Assembly (NCBI RefSeq): GCF_035594765.1
Contig: NW_026943823.1
Coordinates: forward strand, 20,893,842-20,957,841
From: Anolis carolinensis
Taxonomy: Eukaryota
Length of the DNA: 64,000 bases
Direction of reading: 5' to 3'
Part shown: positions 44,101-56,100 of the stretch, in pieces
Numbering within the stretch: the first letter of the stretch is position 1
How the letters are laid out: each line of letters starts with the position of its first letter
Translations under genes and position numbers: made by a program
The notes under the pieces: generated by a model
The model's input: only the letters and a program-made list of their open reading frames with translations
Told to the model about the DNA's origin: nothing
The model's database searches: none

Positions 44101-47100
44101 ATTAGAAATTATTTGGTGTGTGTGTTTTAGTTTGGAAGACAGAAGAGGGGGTGGACTGGAAAATAAAGCCTGTTTCTTCTGCGTGGTCACTCTGGAATCC
44201 ACACCTGTGGTATCTCCACCATCCACAGGTGTGAATTCCAGAGGTGACCACTGGAAGAAACAGGGTTACAGGTAAGCAACCATACCTTCTTTTTTAATCA
44301 TGGCAACATTAAGGAATAGTGCCATTGTGAAAAAACATGGTTCTCTACAAAAATGCATACGTGTTTGGTAGTAGCAACTAATATTACATTGCTTCCCTTT
44401 CCCTTCATTTTTGCAGAGGACGGACTCCACGGCATTGTGAGTTGCACTGCTTGTGGCCAGCAGGTGAACCATTTCCAAAAGGATTCAATTTACAGGCATC
44501 CTACATTAAATGTCCTTATTTGCAAGGTATGTACTAGGCTAGTGCATAATTTTGGATTAGATCGGAACTCGTCTTTGATTAGTTAAATTTGGACATACAT
44601 ACGTGAGTCCCGAAGCATGCAGGAAAGGTGAGGGGGTGGAATTTAGAATTTGAATCACCTACCCATTTTTTTCAGAAATGTTCTATAACATTTGGATAAT
44701 GTTAAATGTGTTCTACCACTGTAGCAAGTTTTATCAGGATAGCTCAAAAAGCCCCCAAAGTTTCCCTACTTGCCAGTGATGTTTTCCCATTGCACATTCG
44801 TGACCGCCATTAACAAAGTACTTATGAAGATTCGTAGGTTTCATTAGATATCTGAAACATTTACCCTAAAAATTAGGAAAGAACTTCAAAAACTAATCGC
44901 CAGCGCCCCCTACTTTTGAACACAGTTTAGAACCATTTTTTATGGATCGCACATGCCTAATGTGTACATGTCTCATGGGTAGTGTTTAGATCTCCACATT
45001 ATATTTATAAATTACATTCTCTGCTAGATTTTATGCTTTCAGTAATATTGTTCAAAGTGTGTGTGCAATGGATCCAAACAATATGATTTAAAGTTTCTGA
45101 GAAAATAATCTTTTCTTTGCAGTCTTGCTTCAAATACTATATGAGTGATGATATCAGCAGGGACGCTGATGGAATGGACGAACAGTGTAGGTAAGTGTAT
45201 AAAATAACTTATATAGTATTGCATTTACTAGGGTTACGAGTAGCTAGTAAAGTCCCTTTTCTCTTAACTAGTATTTAAGGAGTGCATGCCGATGGCATGG
45301 CAAGCATAATATCTATGGAACCCCCTGGATTCTCAGTAATGAACAACAATTGTTGCATAATATTTGAATTCTTCCCACATTGAGCAAACACTAAAATATT
45401 TAGTTTCACTCTGCAGTGTGCCTTCTAGTAACAGGCAACCTCCCTCCCAAGAAACCTTGTTTGTGTGGAGGACATAACATAAGAAGAGGCCCACAGTTGA
45501 GCAAATTTCTAGTGTCTGTGTAGAAAGTGAGAGAGATTGGTGTGTGTGTGCTTCTTTATGGAAAGCTGGGGTTCCCTTGGATTCCTTGCTCCTTCCATTG
45601 TGAGAAGAGTCTCTCGTAAATCCAACCTAGATTGGTGGGTCCCCCTAATAGCCGGCCTATGTAACCATATAAATAATGCCTTCAATATACCTATAGGTTG
45701 GAAAATGGCAATAATCATCCCTATTTACAAAAAAGGGTGTAAAAAAGACAATTGCTTTGTCCTACGTTGTTTAATTAATAAACACCTAAAAAGAAAGAGC
45801 TTCTTACATGTCACTTTTATCGATTTAAATGCAGCCTTTGATAGCATCAATAGAGAGATTCTCTGGCAAAAATTAGCGGAACACGGAATTGATCATAGGC
45901 TATTGCTCTTGATCAAAAGTCTATATTAATGATCTGCCGGACTACCTTAGAGCTACTGAAGTACATTTGCTAAAAATTGGTAACAGACATGTAAATACAC
46001 TTTTATATGCGGATGATATGGTTCTGATGTCTAACACACAAATTGGAGGTTACTGAGTAAACAGTGTTTATGCCCACAAAAACAAGTTGACAGTACACAA
46101 AACTAAATAAAAAAATAATGGTGTTTGGAAATCGCCTAGAAAGGCAAAAATGGTTCCAGATGCTGAGGGTATAGAACAGGTCAGCTCATTTACACACTTA
46201 GGATTTGTCTTTTCAGAGTCAGGTTCATGGCCTGTGCACTTTCACTCATGCACAATTAAAACTAGGGCTCGCTCAAACACACTGACAAGACAACTATGCC
46301 ATAGATATCCTGGGTCTTTAATCCTGATAATAAATGTTGAGAAAGCAAAGATTGTCCCTATAATACTATACAATGTGTAGTTTATTCATGTTCCAGCTTA
46401 TTGACTTTCCAGAGGAAAGCCAATTGACAGGGACCTTAATTGTAAAGGCAACAGTAGCACTGTCCTGTGAGAAAATCCTTAGCAATGAAATGGTGGCCTC
46501 ATTTGCTCAGACATTAGCCCTCTTGTGAAACGTTCTCCATTGTTTTGAAACCTGTCTCGACTTCCATTCCAGATGGTGCGCTGAAGGTGGGAACCTCATT
46601 TGCTGCGACTTCTGCCATAACGCCTTCTGCAAAAAATGTATCCTACGCAACCTGGGCCGGAGGGAGCTGTCGGCCATCATGGACGAAAACACGCAGTGGC
46701 ACTGCTACATTTGCCATCCAGAGCCCTTGCTGGACTTGGTCACGGCTTGCGACAGCGTGTTTGAGAACTTAGCACAATTGTTGCAGCAGAATAAAAAGAA
46801 AATCAGAGCGGACAGCGACAAAAGTAAAATGTATGACCACACACTGAAATATTCCTCAAAGAAAAATAGCTCAAGCTGTAATGGCGAAGAAAAGAAAGAC
46901 CACCCATATGCTGGTTCTATAAACTATTCATACAAAGCATTAATGGTGCCAAAAGACCTGCTCAAAAAGACAAAAAAACTGGTAGAAACAACCACTAACA
47001 TGAATGCTAGCTTTGTAAATTTTCTTAAAAAGGCAGCTGAAAACTCTGAAATAAACTCTACAGTGCACTTGCGTCAGCTAAAGGCTTTTAAATCAGTGTT

Positions 47101-50100
47101 GTGTGACCTCAAAAAGGCCCACACAGCTTTGGAGGAAGGTCTCAATCTGGAGATTGAAGCTCTAGGTGTTAAAATGGGGGGAAAAGATACCAAAGAGAAG
47201 GGAAGTGAGACTAAATTGGCTGGCAGCGAAGCAAGGAAGACAGAAGAAAAAGAATCCAAGGAGCAGAAAACCACAACCGAGGCCGGTGAGCAGAATGTAT
47301 CCGCAACAGAACAAACGGCAAGCCGAAAGTCAGTTTCCAGAGAGAAAAAAAGTGGGAAAAGTGATGAGCTTCAATACGAACCCAATAGCACAGAGGCCTC
47401 AGATATGGATATTGTGTCTGTCCCCTCCTCTGTTCCTGAAGACATTTTTGAGTCTTGCATGGAAGCGCAGAAAGCAGGGGAGCCGGGAGCAGCAAGCGCA
47501 AATGCAAAACCTAAGGACAGCAAGGGAGGGGCAAAGCAGCAGGTGCCGTCGCCAAAAGTCAAAAAGGAATTGGTGGTGAAACTGACTCCCGTTTCCCTCA
47601 GCAATTCTCCTGTGAAGTCTGACGATCCAGATGGAAAGTTAGAGGAGGAAGAGGAGGAAGAAGGTGGAACAGAAAATCTTGAAACTGAACTGCCAGTTGA
47701 AAACGACGTTGTCTCGGTGATAGAAGATCATGACCTCAGGAGGTCTCCGCGAGTCAAAACCACCCCTCTGAGACGCCCGACCGATGTCAAAGCCTCAACA
47801 TCTAACTCTGAAGAGGAAGGCAACGGTGCGTACAGTGAAAGACAAAGAAGAATGCCTGCAAAGTCCAAGAGAAAAAATGACCAGCAGAGTTCTCCTGATA
47901 GCACTCTTAGTAACCCTAATGCGCTTAGTGAGACTGACAAACCAGACGCAGCGGACCTTAGTTCTGATTCTGATGAGGTGCCTGCAGTTCTCCAAGAAGT
48001 GGCCATGATGAGCCACAGCTCTTCAGATGCCGACAGCCCCTGTGAAACATCAGAGGAGCCCTTGAGTGCTGCAAAGAGGGAGCCTACCAAGGAGGACAAT
48101 GGGAAGCGGAAAAGGAAAAGTTCCAGTTCTGGGTCAGACTTTGATGCCAAAAAGGGCAAATCAAGTCAAGAGTTTGGTGAGGTGAAAAAGAAACGGCAGA
48201 CCCGTTCAGAGTCTTCTAATTGCAATTCTGGGGCAGAACGAGAGTCTAAAATGGAGTCTCCTGGAAAAGCGCCAAAAAAGAGCCCCAAGAGTGAAGACGG
48301 TGGCTCTTCCGAAGAAAAACCGACTAAAAGGGGGAAAAAATCAGAGCAGCCAGAGGAGGAGGAATTATGCAATGAAGCTGATGACGTGGAACATCCTTCT
48401 CCAGGTGCAGAGAAGCTAGATAGTTCTTCGGAAGAGGAAACTGCAGAAGCCAAGGGAACGAGGGATGAGAAAGAGAGACCTTCCAAAGGCAAGCAGAGAG
48501 ATAAGGAAGAGTGTGCTGTCTCCAGCAAGAGAAACAGAAAGGCAAAAGAAGAAGGACAGGAGCTTTCTTCTGATGAGAGTCAAGAGCAGAATGGCGAGTC
48601 CTCAGATGGTGCGGGGAAAAAGACTAAGAAAAGCACAAAAGGAAAGAGCGTGGGCCAAAGGAAAGGCGAGTCCTCTTCCGAAGCTGACAAGCCTGAAAAA
48701 GAGGCATCCAGTCCTTCTGGAAGTAACACCAAGAAGGAGAGCCCTCCTGAGGGGAAGGTGAAAAGGACCCTGAGGGAGCGAGTTCCCAAGAAGGTCCCAG
48801 ACCACGCATCTGAGGCCGTGAAGTCTCCCCAGAACGACACTTCGGAGGACAACCTCACGAAGAAAAGAGGATTCTCCAAAGAAAAGAAAAAAGCCGGCTC
48901 CAAAAGGAGGAACTCTAAAAAGGCAAGAGGCGACTTGCTGTCCTCCTCTGACGAAGAGTCCGAGGAGAAAAAGACCAAAAAGAGAGGGGCGGCCGCTAAG
49001 CAAAGCAGGAAAGGTGGACGGGACGAGAAGCAGAGGACTGGAGGGAAGAAGACAAAGACGGAGGCCGCTAGCACCACCACTACATCGTCATCGGACAACG
49101 AAGCCGAAGAGGACGCGAATTCCAGCGACACAGAGAACAGTGACAAGCAGAAAATCAAGCCCTTGACGGAAAGCCTTTTGCCGCCTACCAAGCTGGGATT
49201 CTGTCAATCTTCAGGTGTGCAACATATTTCACATTTGAGAGTTGTTATGAATTTAAAACATTTTCCAGCTTTTTCAAATTGTATTTCCAGTGATGTTTGT
49301 GTGAAAGGCAGGGTGTAATTTCAAGAATAATAGTTTCATTTAGATTGGTGCTGGCTTACTGGTTCAACGTTCATGTAATGGACTTTTAAACAGGACCTTG
49401 ACTATAAGGAAGCTGGCATCCTGTTTGACACAAGGGCTAGCTGTGTGGCCCTTAACAGCCTTCAGACAGGACACATGGTAGGAAACCTGGCCCAAGAGCA
49501 CGAGTTTGTCTAAATCAGTGGTTCTCAATTCGTGGGTCCCCAGGTGTTCTGGCCTACAACTCACAGAAATCCCAACCAGTTTACCAGCGGTTAGGATTTC
49601 TGGGAGTTGAAGGCCAAAATATCTGGGGACCCACAGGTTGAGAACCACTGGTCTAAATAAAGACAGCCTTGAATCTTTGATGTAATTTTGCAAGGAAAAA
49701 GGGCTGATTCCGGTTGATTTTGGTATTCTTTCAGATATTTTCTGAACAGCAGTGTGAAATGACCATTTTGTTCTTTTAACTACATGTAAGCTGTGTTAGT
49801 TCTGTTCTTGAATCGGTTTGTTCCATGTGTCTCAAGAGTCATTTATCCACATCTGACAAAATATATCCTCTCTGGGCATTTCTTAGATTCTCCAGTACAA
49901 CTCTGTGGTTTGCTTTGGACTGAGAAATCTGGAGAACTGAGCGTTGCCTAAAAAAGTCTCCTCTTTAAGCATTTCCTAGGTCCTCCCAACAATTCTATGA
50001 CATACTGTTACTGGAATTTGTTTGTTGTGTTTGTACATAGTTTCATCCAATTAGAGAACATAAAAATGTTCCCTGTATAGAGGGAAAGATTGATGGTGAG

Positions 50101-53100
50101 GTTTCGCTGACTTTGGGCTATTTCAAGGCTACACTTTATATGCACATCTGCTTTTTAGCCATCTTGTGGTTGCATACGAAGGGACGGAAATCGTTGTTGG
50201 GAATTGTGGCCCTTCAGTTTATTGACTGATTGACTATAAGTCCCTTATTCCTTCATATTTAGTTATTGCTGGGTAGAGCTGATAGGATTCTAGGCCAAAA
50301 GCATCCAGAAGAGGACAGTCGCTCAGTTCTGCTATAGAACATCAGTTCAGTCTTATGCACGCACTTAGGACTGTCCCGCTCACTTTATAGTTCAACTACA
50401 GCAAATAATATTATTTACTGGCTGCCTCTCCTCGTGGCTTGAAATTTAAACACAATCCCATAAAATACATAGTACAGAAATTAAAACACGACATGACACT
50501 AAATGGAATGTAGTGTTTGATTTTAAATTTGCATCTTTTGGTTTGCCCTGTGTATATAAATCACAGCAATTGTCTAAAAACAAAGTGTAATAGTTATTAG
50601 GCAAATAGTATTATCTAGTTTTATTTATTCTTTTTATAGGTTTACACATAATAATAATAATAATGATAATAATAATAATAGTATTTCTTATCCACTGCTC
50701 CTTGGAGTGGGGCACAACATATTTAAAAACACTTCAGTGTAAAACATGATATTAATAAAATGCATGGAACAAAGATTAAAATACAGTAAACACGGGACAT
50801 GAGTTTAAAATTCATAGTTAAAAACGGACTGGGTTTTCAGTTTACACAGCAGTTCTGAAAAAGATGGTTTTGGTTATTTTAAGGAGCAGATTCTTAGCAG
50901 TGAGAATGGTTTTTGTTGTGATTCTACATGCAATGAGTGTTTCTTTCGTGCCAGATTCATACCCATTTTTCCTTTCTTTCTTTCCAAAGGTGATGAAGGT
51001 GAGACCAAGGCAGCCACCATGCCGATGGAGGCAGAGGAAGATGACGACGACGATGATGATCCCGAGAATAGGTATGATTCCGACCGTAAGGACCTTAGCT
51101 GGGTTATGACACCCCCTAGGCGCAGGTGCACACCAGCGCAACGGAGCCACAAGCAGGTTGTAAAAACCAGAAGTCCCTGCCTGGTCCAGACTCGCTCCCA
51201 GGCTTCCCGCAAGTTTGAACGAGAGGCCAGAAAGCAAGCCCCTAAATCTGGGCATGAAAAGAAATTCAGAAAATAGATTGAAGTGTTAACACTTACACCT
51301 TGTGTAGGGTGTGTTATCAATGCACTGCAGCTCTGTCCATTCTGAGGTTTCCATGTGAAATGTAGATTTTATGTAACTTGTACATTCAGTCTCATTTTGG
51401 AGCAGAGGGGAGGAACCGGTTTCTTACTTAATGGCTGCCCAGAGAAGTAAGATGGCCTTAAATCAGTATTGTGACAAAAATTTTGTTTTGCATCACAACG
51501 ATGTTTCCAGTTGATGTATGAACTGGTTCTAATGAGAAAGCAGGACCAGAATGTCCCAAATATTCACTCCATAACTTTGAAAGTGAGTATCTGGTGACAT
51601 TTGGTAACATGACCTGAGTTGATTTCCTTTGAGTGAAGCTTTATTAATGGGTTTTGGAGTTAAATCCACATGTTGATTTAAACATGTGGGGCAGTGTACT
51701 TTTTTTCATTAAAATCTTGTTAAAGCGGTAGTTCTCAACCTGTGGGTCCCCAGGTGTTTTGGGCTACAACTCCCAGAAATCCCAGCCAGTTTACCTTGCA
51801 GTTAGGATTTCTGGGAGTTGAAGGCCAAAACATCCGGGGTTGAGAACCACTGTGTTATTAAAGTATTGTATCATTGTTGTTTCATTGTAGTGCAATTTAG
51901 GGTCACAGGCCAATTCTATCATTATGGAACAGTAAAGCAAATTAAAAACAAAACAAGTAAAATAAGATTTTTTTTAAAATGGATGGCTGGACTTAGAAGT
52001 AAGCCTTGTGGGACCCAATGGGGCCTATCATTGTGAAAGTGTCTTTTGGATGTGCTCTTATTGCATGGATCAGATCCATCTTGTCAAGGCAAATGTTGGT
52101 GCCTGATGTCGGTTACCAGGCAGTTTCTTTTGTAAGAATTATTTGTTTTTGGGGAAAATGACTTCTGCAAACTCAGTACGCTGATTTGGCAATTGGGTGT
52201 CTTTTGACAATGACGAATATACAATTATCTAAGGGAGAGGGGGATAAGAATCACATGTTTGACTGGTTTTTATTTGCTCAATTAGAGAAAACAAAGCATT
52301 TTCTTCCTTTATTTTCCTTTCCTTTTTGGTTTGTACCTAAAGTGAATATTAATGCTTGACTTGGGTACAGACAAGAATGCTGCTAATGTAGCTGTTACTT
52401 ATGCTTTGCAAATATTTAATACTGAACGATAATAATTGCTTGGTGATTAAGAATATAGAATAATAAGCAAATATTTTGGGAAAGTTTTAAGACTTTGTTT
52501 TAAAGAAATCAATACTGAGTTCCTTATTTAATTGTTAAAATCATTTATAGTAGATAGGAAAAATGGTTGGGTGGGTTTTTCTTGCTTTATTTTATTACGT
52601 AGCAGGCGAATCCTGAAATAATATTTTAATCATAAATAATAGTTTTCTGTAGTTCCTGGAATTGCTTTAAAGGGGAGGGAATGGCATGCCCATGAATGCT
52701 GTATAATCCAGGAAATGATCTATCTACCTCTCTGAACAATATGCAAAAATGACTTGCGCTAACGCTGTTTAATGTATCCAGAGGCTTCGGTTTGGTCCTT
52801 GTTTCCAAATAGGGAGAGCTCCAAAGAGCTGACTGAGCTTCAAAGGATGCACTTAAGGCTTGTTGTGTGTTTAATTGTGGCTCGCTTTTCCTTTTGGGCA
52901 AAGCACTTGACTCCTTCCAGGCCAAAGAGGGATGCTGGAGATGCAGAGTCTTAGTGACCTTACAACTTGTACAGTTGTATCTACCGCTTTCTTTTTTCTC
53001 TCTCTCTTTCTCTTTGAATAAACCATTTAAACATTGCCTCTTATTAAAATGTTAAAATAATCTCTTTTATTTTCCTCTTTTTTGCCAAGTGCAATATTTT

Positions 53101-56100
53101 AGTTTTAATATAACAGACAGTGCTGTATTTTGTTGTGGTGTGTATTTGTTTCCTCTTGATTTGTCTGCATTTTCCAAATAGTGCTGTTTTAATATGTTTG
53201 GAGTTTAATTTTTTTTTTGCTATTTTGTTCATTAAGAGATTCATAGTGTATTCATGCACAATGCCTTTTAAGTATTTGATGGATGCAATAAATTTTTGTA
53301 AAACACATTTCTCGTGCAAGCATTTAATTTGAAGAAATATCAAACACAATTGTTACTAAAATTTACTTCATTTGTGTTCATACTGAAAATTTGCTCACAA
53401 AGTGCGCAGTTTATCCTTTCTGCTGTTTCCTAATGTTAAGACAAAATACGTTGATTGTGGTACATTAGTTAAAGAGTAGTAGTATCTCCATAACACATTG
53501 CCACAGTTTTCTTTACGCATCTTCTCCTTTTGGGCAAATGCAGATTTTAGTCAAAGGTTTAAATTGTAATCTCCCTTGATTCTAGTTGGAAAACGTAATC
53601 TGTCCCAGAAGACTTGTGCATGCATTCAGGGTTTTCTATGCATTTTCCAATTGTGACCTCGAACATGATTCATGCACAGATTGACGCTCTTCAACACTTT
53701 CCTCCTCTCAATATATATTTATATAAAAGCATTGTGAGAGTTTGCTGGAGGAGTGGGTTGTGTTGGGCACAACTGAGGACAAAGAGGCTGTTGCAGAAGG
53801 CCGCAAATGCGACACCTTCTTGGATATTTCAAAGCAAGAGAATGCAGGATATTTCAAGGAGGGTGCTTGTGGGGCTCTTTTCTATACTGTAAATGCGATC
53901 CACAAATGCAGGTTGTACTGTTGTCAATAAAAATAGGGGGAAAGTGAGATAACTGCCTTTTGACTCTTATCATTTTGATCATATAGGACATTCTGTCAAA
54001 AAGAGTCCATACGCTTTATTGTCCGTGCCTTTTACAAAGTGCTCCACGAGGGTCATTTCTTATTGGAAACACCATTGATGATCTGGTACAGGGACTGGTA
54101 GTTCTATTCCCCCATCAGCCAGTTCCCTGTTTCTGCCCATTGACTACAATTGTTTTATTACCTCTCCTGGAAACACAAGGGCTGGTACTGGTCCAGGGAT
54201 CACCACTTTGGTTAGTGCTGATTTAAAACACCTGGTTTAGACTTAAATACAGATAACTCTCTGTTGAAATCCATGGGATTTAAATCATTAATGCTTAACT
54301 TCTTGACTCCATCTCAAGGTCCAGGGTCACGAGCCTGCTTGCCTTTCTGGTCACTGCTCCAAGTGTCTAGCATTTCCTCAGTTGGAAGTTCCCACAGAGA
54401 TTTCACATAGGTTTTCTTTCAGAAGCAAAACCTATTAGTGCCATTTATGACTTAGGTGGAGTCAGTTCTGTGGGAGGAAGTTCTTAAACCCTGTTTTGAA
54501 GTCTGAAAACCATTTTAAACTGCCTGGTTTCTTGGTCTATTCAGTGATCCGGTTGTGGGTTCCAAAACTGCAAACCACACTGAGTTAAAAGGCTAGGAAA
54601 AACTAGTCTTGCCATTATTAGCTTTATTTGTGTTTCTGTTTTACTTTGCCTCCTTTGACCTCTTCCTCAGATTCAATGCTAGTCTTCCAATAAGTAGACT
54701 AAGGCTACAGGTAAAGAAAAGCAGGAGCTTATAGATAAAATATGGACAAGAACATGTGTATTTATCAGGAGGCATTTACAATTGTTGTTTATGGTTCCGT
54801 TCATCATAATCCTTTTGTGTTGTCTGTACAATCGTCTCTGCAACTTACAGAACCACCAACCAAAGCAAACCCCAGCAGTTCTGCATGATGACCCAGGAAG
54901 TCATCAGAAATAGTAGTTGTGCATTTTGGCTGTTCTCAGGATCAGAATTGGTCATTTTGAGTTATGATTTCTGGAGCCAAAACAGACTCAGTGACTCAAA
55001 AAAGCATCCCATTTTGAAGAGGGGAGAGAGAGCTTGCTTTCCGCTTTTTGACTTCCCAGACTTGAAAAACATGACACCTGTCAGTAGTCTATTCTCAGGC
55101 CCTCATGACTTGCACTGCCATGATTTCAGAATACAAAGCAGCTCCAAAGCTTCCCATTGTGCCAGGGGGTGGTCCCATAGTGGCACTCGCTGCCTGGCTT
55201 TATGTCTTTCAAAATTCACAGAAAATTTGTACTCGATGGCTTGCAGATTGGCTCATCTGGTGTTGACCTGCAACTGGACCAAATTCTTGAGCAGACACAC
55301 AGCAGAGTGTCTTCCCCAAGCATCGACTGCCTGGGAAGAAGGAGGTCCATTCAACATGAGCGAATGACATTTCCGTCAGGTTTTGGTTTGGTTTCAGGCC
55401 AGGAGAACTTCCTTCATGGAGTACGCTCAACTAGAGAGCTGATGCATAGTAATATAGATATCTTCAAGACTGATGTTCTAAAACATTGCCGGTGACAGGG
55501 AAAGAAGAGTGAACCGGAGAGACTGTAATTAATTCAGTTTGGTACTGCTTGAACTGCATTGGCTATGAAACCACTTCCAAAGTGTGCAAACAACAGCCCT
55601 AAGGATTCCATTGCAGTGAAAGTGGTGTCACACTGCATCCATTCTACTATGTAGTTAGGGCCTAGTTAATCCATGTTATGGAACTATATCAGCAACAGGT
55701 GTGCTTTAGGGCAGACAACCCCATCGAACCAGATCTCCTCCTCCTCTTTGGACTGCACTACCCATTTCTCAATTGCAGCAGGGTTTTATTGGCAGTATTT
55801 ATAAGAATGGCCTCATTTCTCCACAAGCAACAGGTGGCTTTCTGCCACTGTGATCATTCAATCTCCCTTTTGTCTTGCACAGGCTTTAAGCACTCGGTCT
55901 TGCGTTACCTTTTTAGTACAGATATATACAAATTGTATTTGTCTGTTTACTGGTGAATCAATGGAATACGCCTTTTTTGTTTCACTCTAAAGAATTGCCA
56001 AGAAAATGCTTTTAGAAGAGATCAAAGCCAATCTTTCCTCAGACGATGAGGCCTCTTCCGACGAAGACTCGGACGGCGGGAAGGAGAAGAAGAATAAAGG

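Noticed and set aside
47074-49191. Long antisense and alternative-frame ORFs over ATRX exon 9
   Set aside because: Shadow ORFs of a purine-rich, low-complexity coding exon
49215-49318. Read-through of ATRX exon 9 in the 879-aa ORF
   Set aside because: Only ~34 codons of unremarkable sequence, within chance expectation; no canonical poly(A) support apart from an AATAAA beside a MITE TSD
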